A stretch of 64,000 nucleotides of DNA from Allosphingosinicella sp. (GCA_049590095.1 JBAWCC010000047.1:1988-65987), one strand, 5' to 3'. Shown: positions 27,201 through 36,426, counted from the stretch's first letter. The notes: generated by a model from the letters alone, not told the origin. Translations and numbers: made by a program.

Positions 27201-29803
27201 AGGATCCAGGTCAGGCGATCGAAGGTCGAGATGACCTCGTGCGACAGGCCGAGATTGAAGAAGATCCTCGCAATCCCCTTGGTCGACACCGCGTCCGCAC
27301 GCCGGCCCGCGGGCGCTTTGACGAGCCCCAGCCACTCGCACAGCTGCGCAAATCGCCGCGGGGAGCGCATCGCCGCGAAAACGTGGCCCCTCCCCGTGCC
27401 TCTTTCCCCCAGCAGGTAGAAAATACGTCTGCCGATCTTGGGCGGACGGACGATCGGCTGGCGCGGTCGGCGATTCGGAAAAAGAGCCCGGATCGGACCG
27501 CACGGCCGGACCCCGCATTCGGAGCGCAGGGAATCGCGCAGCGTCTCCATGGCGGGCGACGGGGCGCCGACGAAGAAGCGGTCGCTGGCCGGCGCCGCCT
27601 CCTGCCGCGCCTCCGCGTGAACGGCCCCGGCGGCTTCGACGCCGGCTTCGCTGTCCAAGTCCCGCAACAGGGTGCGATGCCGCGTGTATTCGAGTCCGTC
27701 CGTACCGCCGAGCGGTGAGCACTCGCCATCGGGCTCGCGCGAATCCGGTTCGCTTCCCCAATCTTCCAGCCACTCGGTCCACCGCTTCGCCATGTGCGCG
27801 AGCCAGGCGGTCAGGAAGGTGGTCAGGATCACGCTCTTCATCCCGTCGTTCAGCGCTCTCAGCGCCGGCAGCAGGGATTTGGGCAGGTCGGGCTGCCTCG
27901 AGATCGAATCAATCTGCTTCAGATGGCGGATGATCGTTTTCAGAGCCTTGACGGCACTCCTTTCCCCTTCGACGTCTTTGAGATTCGCTTCCACCTCCAT
28001 CAGCTCGCTCGCCGTCACCATTACGCTGCCCGGCTTGGTCGGCGGATCTTTCAATGGAAGCTGGTCCGATTTCAGCCGGTCATATAGCCGCTGCTGAAAG
28101 GCGAGGAGTTTGGTCATGAAGGGTTCGGAACCGGCCGCGGCTACCGGGTTCACGGTTCGGTTGATATGGCCGTAATAGAGCTGGTAGACACCGTAGCGGC
28201 TCAGGTTCAGCCGCTGCCTCTCCCGGCGCTTCTCCTCGGGGTCCATCGCCGGGAGCACCGCCACCGCGGGCCGGTCGCATAGCCTCGACACGCCCTCGCT
28301 GAAGGCTCGCAGCGGCCTCAAAATGTCGGGCTCGCTCATGCCCAGGCCGACGAACAGCAGCGGATTGGCGGTGAAAATCAGCCGCATCGCGTCGTCGGCG
28401 CATCCGCTGGGATCGTCGTCGCGGGCGTAACGCTCGCGATAGTCGCGCTCGCTCAGCACCAGCCACGAGCCGGGAGTCTTCGCGCGACCGTGGAGGTGCA
28501 GGATCTGTGGCCGATGCTCGCGCGTGTCTGCGCCGTAATCGTAGAGGAAGGCGGCCGAGCCCGGCTCGTAGGCCATCACCTCGGCCCGTTCCGAGCTCGG
28601 CGTCATCAGCATGCTTCGCGATCGCGAGCTTTTCCCCGCCGGCGACGACGACGGGATTTCGCCTGCCAGTGGGGCCGTCTCCGTTAGCTCCTCGAAGCCG
28701 CGCGAGGCCAGCAGGCGGGTAATCTCGTCGTCATAATTGGTGGTGAGGAACCGCTTCACGTTGCATTCGTCGAGAAGCACCGCGAGTGGGTCGCGATGCC
28801 TCGGCATATCCGGCCGGGGAAGCGGCTTGACGGGCCGGACGGACGCCTCGGTCTGCTCTTCCTTCCTGGATTTGGCCGCCTGCCTCGCGCGTTGCTGCGC
28901 CTGTCGAAGAACCGAATCGAGCCGGGCCGGCGTGAGCAGGTGCAGCGCCGCCTCGACGACGTGGCGGGTATCGGGTCCATCCTCCGAAACGGAATTGAGC
29001 TGCTTGCGCAGCAGCGACCTCAACCCCTTCTCGGCAAGACCGCAACTTCTTGGCGGTGCCAGGTACTTTGCAACCTGCCGCCGAAATTTTTCGTCCTCGT
29101 AGATCAGGCGCGCGAGCCGGCTGGCGAACTCATCCGCAAACGGACTGAGCGGCTCCTCGACGGTGACGGGGAAGCGCAAGCTCCTTTGCAACTCCTTCAG
29201 GACAGCAACTGCCTCCGATTTTTTCCGTATCTCCAGCAACCGCCCGATCATCAGCTCGATACGCCCGCGCCCGTCCTTGATCTGCCACCGCAGGCGATCG
29301 CGGAGGGCGGCGGCGGCGCGCTTCGCCTCGCGCCGACTGTCGGCGTCACGATCGCCGAGCCGCTTCAGCTTCAGGCGGCGCAGAGCGACGAGGACGTTTT
29401 CGCAAGCCTCGAACCAGAAAGGTATCGAATCCGCATCTAACTTATCCTTGGGAAGGGCTCCGAGGACGCTCACCGCCGCGTTCAGGACAGGGTGCGCCTC
29501 CCGCCACTGTTTCGAGCCTCCGTGGGCCTTTTGCTCCTGCTCGACCGCCTCGTGGACCGCCGCGGCCGCGTTGCGGAGAAGCTCCTCCCAGGACGGCTGG
29601 CCATAGCCATTGCTCACTCCGGAGCCGACCACGGCGATCAGCCGGCGGCCGTTCAGCGCCCGGGCGAGCTGTGCGATGGCGTGACGCTCGAGCAACTTGA
29701 CGTCGAACGAGCCGAGCAGCCTTTGCTCCGCATAGACCCAGTCGTGGAGGACCTGGCCGGGCTCTTCGTTAGATATCTCGGCCGAAGCCGATGGTCCGGT
29801 CAC
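24275..29803 (-). CDS. giant cytoplasmic SIR2-like / degenerate P-loop NTPase-like / TPR protein (~1,842 aa)
   Basis: No signal peptide. SIR2_2-type motifs LIAVVGSGVSNGYGQPSWEELL, FLTTNYDDEI, ILHLHGRAKTPGSWLVLSERDY and LLFVGLGMSEPDIL. P-loop-like FYLLGERGTGRGH. Helical-repeat (TPR-like) C-terminal ~300 aa. GTG 29803 forms a GTGA overlap with the TpsA stop (longest ORF start is 29908). Confidence 0.75.
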   Translation of the reverse strand: MTGPSASAEISNEEPGQVLHDWVYAEQRLLGSFDVKLLERHAIAQLARALNGRRLIAVVGSGVSNGYGQPSWEELLRNAAAAVHEAVEQEQKAHGGSKQWREAHPVLNAAVSVLGALPKDKLDADSIPFWFEACENVLVALRRLKLKRLGDRDADSRREAKRAAAALRDRLRWQIKDGRGRIELMIGRLLEIRKKSEAVAVLKELQRSLRFPVTVEEPLSPFADEFASRLARLIYEDEKFRRQVAKYLAPPRSCGLAEKGLRSLLRKQLNSVSEDGPDTRHVVEAALHLLTPARLDSVLRQAQQRARQAAKSRKEEQTEASVRPVKPLPRPDMPRHRDPLAVLLDECNVKRFLTTNYDDEITRLLASRGFEELTETAPLAGEIPSSSPAGKSSRSRSMLMTPSSERAEVMAYEPGSAAFLYDYGADTREHRPQILHLHGRAKTPGSWLVLSERDYRERYARDDDPSGCADDAMRLIFTANPLLFVGLGMSEPDILRPLRAFSEGVSRLCDRPAVAVLPAMDPEEKRRERQRLNLSRYGVYQLYYGHINRTVNPVAAAGSEPFMTKLLAFQQRLYDRLKSDQLPLKDPPTKPGSVMVTASELMEVEANLKDVEGERSAVKALKTIIRHLKQIDSISRQPDLPKSLLPALRALNDGMKSVILTTFLTAWLAHMAKRWTEWLEDWGSEPDSREPDGECSPLGGTDGLEYTRHRTLLRDLDSEAGVEAAGAVHAEARQEAAPASDRFFVGAPSPAMETLRDSLRSECGVRPCGPIRALFPNRRPRQPIVRPPKIGRRIFYLLGERGTGRGHVFAAMRSPRRFAQLCEWLGLVKAPAGRRADAVSTKGIARIFFNLGLSHEVISTFDRLTWILERTMPGSGRESERFLKECEKLRGDRLGRLEHALERLHAVGPKPASEVERLVVITNHVSVFFDGEGGRKNAQVGRLFEILTSSKYDEAPIDFIFFVNEKHLPTTLREAAAREDGRTVGFLRPVGLSAKATTVLQRRMEHAFGHEAATAIADGREAEISSEERDRLDTYIHFLDRMRPVTLAVRFFPRTAAALAHLGSLKPSDDACVTFADELDDAYPDATRLRFGTDQSVLEFQIGVRDAFEARLAGAGKSRASGAWLAGAGIEAVMLEVLNAYQKDLGSNRTTWQNGGARVRASVEEILDKGSVKVRPEAWTFFNMIDVAVGHNRYAMTVVLAAIDDMIVRRLPGTPENVVDLYPVRDFVERLRRNTVGRAPDTRDEIAVKLVLENYCSDEFSALGKKLAVAVPGTQELSGVPAALLFELQENILVSLALIGQPVELRVLTGIEKIATALQRVVAKLPAPTAEREEDDEAREILERMMDLLVQRCLVYRVAAKGPEDEADSLRGHRYATHKAIRRHIFLQFKAPNIDYSQVDQLTVSLYATQPDDLPRPTAEGHRRVRNLIDQLSLFEKALDERAHGSPDPYLDLAQRLDRSTDGKQTRELRSARLRAAYGALRSIYSVGVVSRFSTYEHEGLETPESGYFESHRLRVRWMLRLATRLTRAGPLDFRGTFHAEEIVWLFNECGVISLAQGRFSDAVALLVHASRIARERIETRGWGALQARIGVNRAIAQIERGRLGEAKEILGRVRDESDETPALRAIARGYLALIRDLQGDQRSADAEYKAVISELIRIRRYRSAAIFSVQWAECLQRLGGPNLERAALLADQAASFAAKGGHEDIRHLAHLAGLAIEIARPGPVLPLASRRTYEDQLAEVEAYARTMGAPRIVCRVALLRSELALQLGDYRAAASSAQAAMQIATRHDMELRKIGAMTLLGTAMSKLDLPEARTLLLRARDLSYHVEYLTHLKRIEAILSQ

Positions 29804-32800
29804 CGGCAGCTCCCCGCAAGCGGCCTCGGATCGTTCGGAAACGGATAGGGGCCTCGCGCCCTTAGGCCCAGTTGGCTCACCAAGCCGTCGTTGCGGGTCC
29901 CCGCGCACTGACTAATGAGGATTCCGAAGGCGTCGACGAACGAAGTAACCAGCTCTTGCGTGCCTTCGCTGACGTCCTCGACGTCGCTGTCGAGGAGCAG
30001 GTCCCCATCCACCAGCAGCACGTTAGGGACGTCGGCGGATCGAATGAAGAAGCCGCTGGTGATCCGAACGTTGGCCCCGCCCGCCTGGCCCAAAGCGAGG
30101 ATCGTGGCGCCGTCGGAAATGATCGCCAGCGGCTCGCCGATGGTGATTCGGCCGCCGGTCAGCGACGACGACGAGGTCGTGATCAGAACCGGGTTGAGGC
30201 GGCCGCGAAGGATCATGAGGCCGTCGCTCGGAAGTCGGATATTGATGTCGCCGGCCGGTCCCACGGCGTTGGTCGTCAGCACCGCGCCGTCGGTCAGTAT
30301 GACTCGGTCGGCGGCGATATTGATCGAGCCCGCCGCCCCCCCACCCAGCGCCGCCGCCTCGATTCCCGACCGCGTTCCGTCCGCCAGAAACGTCCGGGCC
30401 GAGACGTTGATGTTACCGCCGTTGCTCGGGGTGCCGGTGGTGGCGGAAGCGATCAGAACCCCGCCGTCGAGCAATTCCAACCGGTCGACGTCGATCGTCA
30501 GGGTGCCGCCGTTCGGGGCCGCGCCCGTGCTCGTGGAGATGGCCGATCGCCCCGTCGAGTCGAACCCGGAAACCCGCAGGGTCGCGTCCGGACCGACGAT
30601 CCGCACGTTGCCGGCAGCGCTGGCCGTACCGCTTATGTCGGACTGGATTCGGCTGAAGCCGGTAACCGTGCCGAGACGGCCGATCGCCACGTCGACCGCT
30701 CCGGCCGCGCCGGACCCGCTCGACGAGGTGGAGATGGTCGACCGGTCTTCGAGCAGCAGGTCCCGACGCGCGTTGACCAGGATCGCGCCGGCATCGCCCG
30801 TGCTCGCCGGGCGCGCGACGTCGGGATCGCCGCCGATGCTCTCCGAGCGCACCGATGCATTGCGCAAGGTGACGTCGGCGGCGTCGATCGCGACACGCCC
30901 GGCGTCGCCGCTCGCCGGCGCCCCCCCCTGCGGTGAGACCGTCTGCGAGATGATGTTGGCGCGATCGATGAGAAGGCCGGCCTGGGCAGTGACGGCGATC
31001 GGCCCGCTCGATTGCGAGCCGGTCGTCTCCGCAGCGATCCGGGTGCGTCGCGGCGCGTCTCCGGTGGGCTGGTCGCGCTGCCCGAGCAACTCGATCTCGC
31101 GGCCGCTGATGCTGATGCCGGCCGGCGGCGCCGCCCCCTGAGGGCCGGTCGAGCTCGACACGATCTGGATCAGGCCGCCGGGCGATCCGTCCGGAAGGGT
31201 GCCCGTCGACAGCTGGTCCGACGGCAGGAAGCCGATCGCGATCTGGTCCGCCGCCTCGATGCGGATGCCGCCGGTGCCGGCCGACAGACCCAGCGCGTTA
31301 GAGGAGATGTTGGAATTCGACAGCGTGATATCGTCGGCCGATCGGATCGTGATCGAGCCGGCTCGGCCCGAGGCCCCGGTAACCGGCGAGGGGTCGGTTC
31401 CGGTCGCCGTCGTGCTGATCAGCGTGCGCGAGGCGGCGATCGAGCCCTGGGTCGAGGTCAGCGAGACGTCGCCGCCGCTTCCGCGTCCCGTGGCAAGGCT
31501 CTCGATTCGGAATCCGGCGTCCATGGTGATCGACCCGGCCTGCAGGCGCAGCGCCCCTCCCGGCGCATCGCCTTCGGTGCGGCTGATCAAATTGGCCGGA
31601 CTCACGGGGGCCAGCAAGGACTGGCCGGTCAGGACCATCGCCCCGGAGACAGTGACTTCGATGTCCCCCGCCCGACCGGCGGCGACCGCGGTGCTCGCGA
31701 GCCGTCCCCCGGTCATCTGGAACGTGGCCGCGTCGATCCTAAGATTGCCGGCGCGGCCGCCGGCGTCGGAAGCGGTGTCGAAGATGGCATTGCTCAACCT
31801 CACCGTGCCGACATCGATCCTGATGTCGCCCGCATCGGCGGCGCCGGTCCGCCCGCTGATCGAGGCGTTGGCCATGTCCAAAGTGGCGGCCGGCCCGACG
31901 ATCTCGATTCTCGAATGCGTAAAGTCGAGGGGGATCTCGCCATTGTACAGGGCGCCGACCTGCGCTCCCCGGGTCGACGAGGGAGCGCCGCGCATCTGCA
32001 GCAGGTCCCGGACCTGCAGGCTGAGGAGATAAGGCGCTCCGGCGCCGTCACCCAGTATGCCGATATGGCTCGGGCCATCCATGATAAGGCGCGTAGCCCG
32101 AAGGAAGATGTCGCCGCCATCGATGCCGCCGCCGGGGGAGCCGAAGCCGCCGGCTCGGATCGAGCTGGAATCGAAATTGCGCGGATCGCTGACCACGCGC
32201 AGGTCGCCGGCCGACAGCGCGATCGCGGCGCGGTCCCCGCGCAAGTCGGTTGCCGGGCTCCAGACCGCTATTCGCGACTCGGAGATGAGGATCTGGCCGG
32301 CGGCGTCCGGCAGGGCTTGGCGGGGGTCGACCGCAATCTGGGCCGCGCCGCCGCCGACTGCCGCCATCCGAACCATCGTGTCCTCGAACAGGAGGTCGGC
32401 GCGGTCGAGGTTGATATTGCGGGCGGTAAAATGGGCGGCATCGCCGATGCCGGTCCGGATGCGAGCGCCGCCGGTCACGAAATTGCCCAGGAATTCGATG
32501 TTGCCGCTGCCGCCGCCGGAGAGGAAGCCGAAGCTGGCGGGCGAGGCCATGGCGAAGGTCGAGCCGTCGGCCGAGGCCGCGCGCAGCTGAGTCCCGTCGA
32601 CGAAGTTCAGCGAGTCCGCGGTGGAGGCGTAGAAGGCGCGCGGAACGTCGACCCGCGCGTCGGGGCCGAAGACGATGCCGGCAGGATTGATGAAGTAGAA
32701 ATCGGCATTGGCGAAGGCGGTCGAATCGATCCGGCCGTAGAGGTCCGAAGGGTCGCCGCCGGTGACCCGGTTGATTACGTTTCGGACGTCCGCCGCCCCG

Positions 32801-33135
32801 GGGCCGAACCAGCGTGCGGTGTCGCTAGCGCCGAGGTCGAAGCGGTTGAAGCTGTGGAACAGGTTTTGCGAGGGATTGGAGGCCGGACCGCTATAGCGGC
32901 CGCCGCCGATCGTATAGGTCCCCGCCGGTCCCGGCGGCGGCGCGATGGTGGTGCCGGTGGTCAATTGCGGGGCGGTATCGGGGATGATGGCGGTCGGCGG
33001 CTGGGCCGGCGCGGGGAAGGCGGCGAGCGCGAGGGCGAGTGCGATGAAGCTGGCCCTGGAGCGGCAGGATGTGGAGCAGCACCTCTTGAGCGTTCTTTTC
33101 TCGACGCTCCGCGCTGCATCGCCGTTACTCCTCAT
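29800..33135 (-). CDS. TpsA-type exoprotein (filamentous-haemagglutinin-like, 1,111 aa)
   Basis: Extended signal peptide (..SFIALALALAAFPAPAQ). TPS secretion-domain motifs NLFHSFNRFDL, VINRVTGG and FYFINPAGIVFG. The remainder is Gly/Ala/Ser/Asp-rich beta-helix-type repeats. No VENN/CT-toxin boundary seen. Confidence 0.85.
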   Translation of the reverse strand: MRSNGDAARSVEKRTLKRCCSTSCRSRASFIALALALAAFPAPAQPPTAIIPDTAPQLTTGTTIAPPPGPAGTYTIGGGRYSGPASNPSQNLFHSFNRFDLGASDTARWFGPGAADVRNVINRVTGGDPSDLYGRIDSTAFANADFYFINPAGIVFGPDARVDVPRAFYASTADSLNFVDGTQLRAASADGSTFAMASPASFGFLSGGGSGNIEFLGNFVTGGARIRTGIGDAAHFTARNINLDRADLLFEDTMVRMAAVGGGAAQIAVDPRQALPDAAGQILISESRIAVWSPATDLRGDRAAIALSAGDLRVVSDPRNFDSSSIRAGGFGSPGGGIDGGDIFLRATRLIMDGPSHIGILGDGAGAPYLLSLQVRDLLQMRGAPSSTRGAQVGALYNGEIPLDFTHSRIEIVGPAATLDMANASISGRTGAADAGDIRIDVGTVRLSNAIFDTASDAGGRAGNLRIDAATFQMTGGRLASTAVAAGRAGDIEVTVSGAMVLTGQSLLAPVSPANLISRTEGDAPGGALRLQAGSITMDAGFRIESLATGRGSGGDVSLTSTQGSIAASRTLISTTATGTDPSPVTGASGRAGSITIRSADDITLSNSNISSNALGLSAGTGGIRIEAADQIAIGFLPSDQLSTGTLPDGSPGGLIQIVSSSTGPQGAAPPAGISISGREIELLGQRDQPTGDAPRRTRIAAETTGSQSSGPIAVTAQAGLLIDRANIISQTVSPQGGAPASGDAGRVAIDAADVTLRNASVRSESIGGDPDVARPASTGDAGAILVNARRDLLLEDRSTISTSSSGSGAAGAVDVAIGRLGTVTGFSRIQSDISGTASAAGNVRIVGPDATLRVSGFDSTGRSAISTSTGAAPNGGTLTIDVDRLELLDGGVLIASATTGTPSNGGNINVSARTFLADGTRSGIEAAALGGGAAGSINIAADRVILTDGAVLTTNAVGPAGDINIRLPSDGLMILRGRLNPVLITTSSSSLTGGRITIGEPLAIISDGATILALGQAGGANVRITSGFFIRSADVPNVLLVDGDLLLDSDVEDVSEGTQELVTSFVDAFGILISQCAGTRNDGLVSQLGLRARGPYPFPNDPRPLAGSCR

Positions 33136-33991
33136 CGGGCATCTCCCGCTCGGCCTGCGCAGCCCTTTGGTTCCGAGCTTCGACCGCAGCCGGCGTCATT
33201 CGGTCACATGCGGCTTGGCGCTGGCCAGTGATGTAATTCCCCTCGGCGGCTTTGAGCTCGTTTCGCAATTCGTCCCTGAAGGCCGCGATTAAGGCTTCTT
33301 CGCCCAACCGCTTGTCTTCCGGATCCTCGGACCAAGGCCACCAGGAGCGAGAACGACTATTGCTATCGAGCTGAGCGGCGCATCGCTCCGCCATCTGGCC
33401 GATATCAGTTCCATAAGCCCGGTCACTGAATATGGCCTGCTGTCTTGCAAAGTAGGGGCCGAAGTTCCTGGCAAGATCAATGGCCTTCTGCCCGAAAAGC
33501 AGACAACTGGTTTTCTCGTTGCACACACCAGATTCCACGCAATTATTTACTGAGTCATAGAAGTCGTTGAAACTTGAAAAGTCTTCTATAAGGCCTCTGT
33601 AGTGATCAGATGGATATATTATTTTTAGATAAAACTCATAACGCTGGTCTGCCGACAACGAGTTAGGATCTATCATATCGAGCTCTTGACTAGCGCCGCC
33701 AGTAGATCTTTGCACAAACAACGCTTTGCACAGCAGGGCATCATCTACTCGAGAGCGTAGAGCCTCCATCGTTGGTGATGTCCATTTCTTCTGAAGTTCC
33801 ATCGCCTTGTCGCTGGTCCATTGATCATAGGCGACCCAACCTGCGTAAGCGAGAATTGCGGCCTGGAGGAGCGTAGCAATGGCTACCCAGCCCTCCGCGC
33901 TTTGCCGGATCAGCCATGCGGGCCGGCCCATCACCCATTGGAGCGCGCGGCCGAGCCATTTTCGCACCCGGATCAACCATTTTCGGTTCAT
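33125..33991 (-). CDS. single-pass membrane protein, unknown function (288 aa)
   Basis: ATG 33991 lies 3 nt after the upstream stop, and the 3' end overlaps the TpsA start by 11 nt. One TM helix (WVAIATLLQAAILAYAGWVAY). Contains a clearly AT-richer stretch (~33500-33760). No family recognised. Confidence 0.6.
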   Translation of the reverse strand: MNRKWLIRVRKWLGRALQWVMGRPAWLIRQSAEGWVAIATLLQAAILAYAGWVAYDQWTSDKAMELQKKWTSPTMEALRSRVDDALLCKALFVQRSTGGASQELDMIDPNSLSADQRYEFYLKIIYPSDHYRGLIEDFSSFNDFYDSVNNCVESGVCNEKTSCLLFGQKAIDLARNFGPYFARQQAIFSDRAYGTDIGQMAERCAAQLDSNSRSRSWWPWSEDPEDKRLGEEALIAAFRDELRNELKAAEGNYITGQRQAACDRMTPAAVEARNQRAAQAEREMPDEE

Positions 33992-33994
33992 GAC

Positions 33995-34375
33995 CTAGGG
34001 CCGCCTGATGGAACCGCAGTGCCTCTCGATTAATGAGAGCAGCGCCGGAGGAATTATCCCGCGCTTGAGCAAATCGCGGATGCATTTAGCTGTTCTAGAT
34101 GAGAGGTAGATGTCGGCACCGGGTTTCCTATCAGGATCGTTCGGATCGAGCGTGACGGGATCGCAGTCCAGGGTGACTTCACGGATACCCGGTGACTTTT
34201 CTTCATCAGCGGCCGTGCGAGCCATCCACGCCTCGAAGCATTCGCGGTCCTTGGCCTCGGGCATCAAAAGCTCATTGCCATCGGTCGAGAGGACGGCGCG
34301 TTGCGCCCGGCCTGCCTCAGCGGATCCAAGGCAAAGACATGCCGCCAAGGCGATCCTGCCAATCAATTTCATCAT
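33995..34375 (-). CDS. small secreted 4-Cys protein, unknown function (~126 aa)
   Basis: ATG 34375/34372 is preceded by GAGGAGGAGG. Signal peptide MMKLIGRIALAACLCLGSAEA. Four Cys in the mature part. An alternative GTG at 34405 would overlap the TpsB stop. Confidence 0.6.
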   Translation of the reverse strand: MMKLIGRIALAACLCLGSAEAGRAQRAVLSTDGNELLMPEAKDRECFEAWMARTAADEEKSPGIREVTLDCDPVTLDPNDPDRKPGADIYLSSRTAKCIRDLLKRGIIPPALLSLIERHCGSIRRP

Positions 34376-34401
34376 AGCCTCCTCCTCGAGGTGGTACGCA
34401 T

Positions 34402-36426
34402 TCACAATCGGAGCGGCCGCAGCGTCACGCCGAAGTGCAGGCCGTCATTCACCAGTGCGGGACCGGGGCCGGCAAGATCCCTGCCCAGACGCAATCCATA
34501 ATCAACGCGGACGGTGATCGCTTGCGATGGGATCCAGGCGAGACCCGCGCCGATGGCTCCGAGCTCGTCGTCCCGGCGGGTCGCCGGATTGAGATTCGAA
34601 GCCCAGGCGGCGTCAGCGAACAATGTGACTCGGAAGCGCTGCGGGTCGAAGCCGCCACCTTGGCCGAACGGCGCCCGCTCGCGGCCCAGGCTGAAATAGC
34701 GACTCAGCTCGACTGAGCCGACCAGCCCGCGATCGACCAGCAGAGCCGCCTGGGGGTAGCCGCGCACGGAATTCGGTCCGCCGACGGGCAGCCTTTCCGA
34801 CGTGTAGAGCAGTTGGTTCGACCATTGCCCCGACAGACGGGCCGTCAACAACAACTCCTTCCAGCGCAGCTGGCGGGAATAACCGATCTGGCCGCTGATC
34901 AGGACGAAGTGGCGGGACGGGGTCGCGAGTCCGGCGATGTCCGTCGCACTCCCGTCCAAGCCGAAGGACAAGCGGAGGCGCCCACCGAGCGTCCAGCCGC
35001 GTTCTCCGCCGGGAGTCGTGCGGCCGCGTTGAAGCCAGTCCGCTGACGCCCGGATCGCGGTGACGTGGGAACGTCCGTCGACGGACCCGGGCGCGAAGGA
35101 AAAGGGCTCGCCGAGCAGGAAGGATTGCGAGCTTCGATGGGAGAGGGTGAGCCCCAGCGTGAGGTCGCGCGCGCTCGCCCATCCGACCGGCGCATCGCCA
35201 ATGCGGCGCGCCGCGAGCCGGCAGGACTCGATGCCATCGCCGGCCGTGGCGCGCCGGGCTTCGCGCAGCAACGGCTCGCCGAACAACGGCGTCAGCGGGC
35301 AGCGTATCGCCCCGTAATAGAGAGATCCCTCGAAGCCCCAGCCTCGCGAGCGAATGTCGAGCGGGCGAAGCGCCGGATCGACGATCTCGGCTTCGTTGAA
35401 GTCTGCGGCGAGCCGCGCCGACCATCGCGGCCGAAGCGCTACGAGCAGGGATCCGGCGCCGTCCAGAGCGCCTTCCGTCGCGCCGGCATCCGCCGAGAAG
35501 AGAAAGCCGGCAGGCCCACGCAGCGTCAGACCCGCGAATGCGCGGATGCTTCCCGTCGATGGCGGCCGGTCATTGGCTACGCCGATCTCGGCTTCGATCC
35601 ACGGCTTGGTGACCACGAATGGCGGCGGGGTGGGCGCGTCGTCGGCGGTCCGGTCGCTCGGCAGCGCTATAGCCTGCCCGCCCAGGCCGTCACTCGCGTC
35701 GCGAGGGGAGACCAGCTCTGCTTTGCCTCTGCCTTCCGTGCCGGGACGGGGCCTCAGGCCCATGTTGACGTTGTCGATCCACGGGTCATTGTCATCGGCG
35801 AGTCGTCTGAAATCCCGCTCCAGCAGATAGACGTTGAAAGGCGCCTTCGGATTGCAGCCCTGCATAAGCCGCCGCCGCACGTAAGGGTACGAACCGGAAG
35901 GAAGACCGCGACCTCTGGCCTCGCGAGCAATTGCGGAAGCATCCAAAGGGCGATCGAACGCGCAAGCTCTGTCTTCGCCGTCGACCAGCCGGCCTTCGAC
36001 GGGCTCGATATGCAACTTTTCCCCCTCCTCCTTCAGAAGGATCCCGGAATTGACATAGCCATTTTCGTAAAAGGCTGTGTTGGCCTTCTCGATGTTCGCG
36101 TAGAGCTGCGGCAGGCGCTCGCGGTCGATCGCGAAGTCGGTCTCCTTTCCGGTAACGTCGGCGCCCGTGCCGTTGGCGAGACAATCGCGGAGCCAGTCGA
36201 CGTTCAGAAACCGCCGGCCGCTGGGCTTGCAGGGGTCGGCCGGCTTGGCCCCTCCGCGCCTCGGCGGCCGGATCATGACCGGGAATACGGTCTGCCAGCG
36301 CGATTTGGGCGGCAAGACGACCATTGCCTGAGCCGATTTTCGGGCGGCGGGCTCGCCAGCAACCTGGGCCGGCGCGCACAGAGCGACCCAGGCCAGAAGT
36401 GCCGCGAGGCCGGCCCGGCTCGACAT
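34402..36426 (-). CDS. TpsB (ShlB/FhaC/HecB-family) Omp85-type outer-membrane transporter
   Basis: Signal peptide MSSRAGLAALLAWVALCAPAQVAG. POTRA-like N-terminal region (LHIEPVEGRLVD). Conserved loop-6 motif GGPNSVRGYP and beta-barrel-type alternating C-terminal region. Confidence 0.8.
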   Translation of the reverse strand: MSSRAGLAALLAWVALCAPAQVAGEPAARKSAQAMVVLPPKSRWQTVFPVMIRPPRRGGAKPADPCKPSGRRFLNVDWLRDCLANGTGADVTGKETDFAIDRERLPQLYANIEKANTAFYENGYVNSGILLKEEGEKLHIEPVEGRLVDGEDRACAFDRPLDASAIAREARGRGLPSGSYPYVRRRLMQGCNPKAPFNVYLLERDFRRLADDNDPWIDNVNMGLRPRPGTEGRGKAELVSPRDASDGLGGQAIALPSDRTADDAPTPPPFVVTKPWIEAEIGVANDRPPSTGSIRAFAGLTLRGPAGFLFSADAGATEGALDGAGSLLVALRPRWSARLAADFNEAEIVDPALRPLDIRSRGWGFEGSLYYGAIRCPLTPLFGEPLLREARRATAGDGIESCRLAARRIGDAPVGWASARDLTLGLTLSHRSSQSFLLGEPFSFAPGSVDGRSHVTAIRASADWLQRGRTTPGGERGWTLGGRLRLSFGLDGSATDIAGLATPSRHFVLISGQIGYSRQLRWKELLLTARLSGQWSNQLLYTSERLPVGGPNSVRGYPQAALLVDRGLVGSVELSRYFSLGRERAPFGQGGGFDPQRFRVTLFADAAWASNLNPATRRDDELGAIGAGLAWIPSQAITVRVDYGLRLGRDLAGPGPALVNDGLHFGVTLRPLRL

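Noticed and set aside
29800-30100. CdiA-type contact-dependent inhibition toxin at the TpsA C-terminus
   Set aside because: There is no VENN (or similar) pre-toxin motif, no small immunity ORF follows directly, and the downstream gene is the 1,842-aa SIR2 protein. The C-terminal ~90 aa remain unassigned rather than called a toxin.
29872-33231. Plus-strand ORFs 29872..30936, 29915..31141, 31012..33231, 31199..32032 and 32057..32590
   Set aside because: They are antisense to the TpsA gene, which has unmistakable TPS-domain motifs. They are compositional artefacts of the Gly/Ala/Asp-rich repeats.
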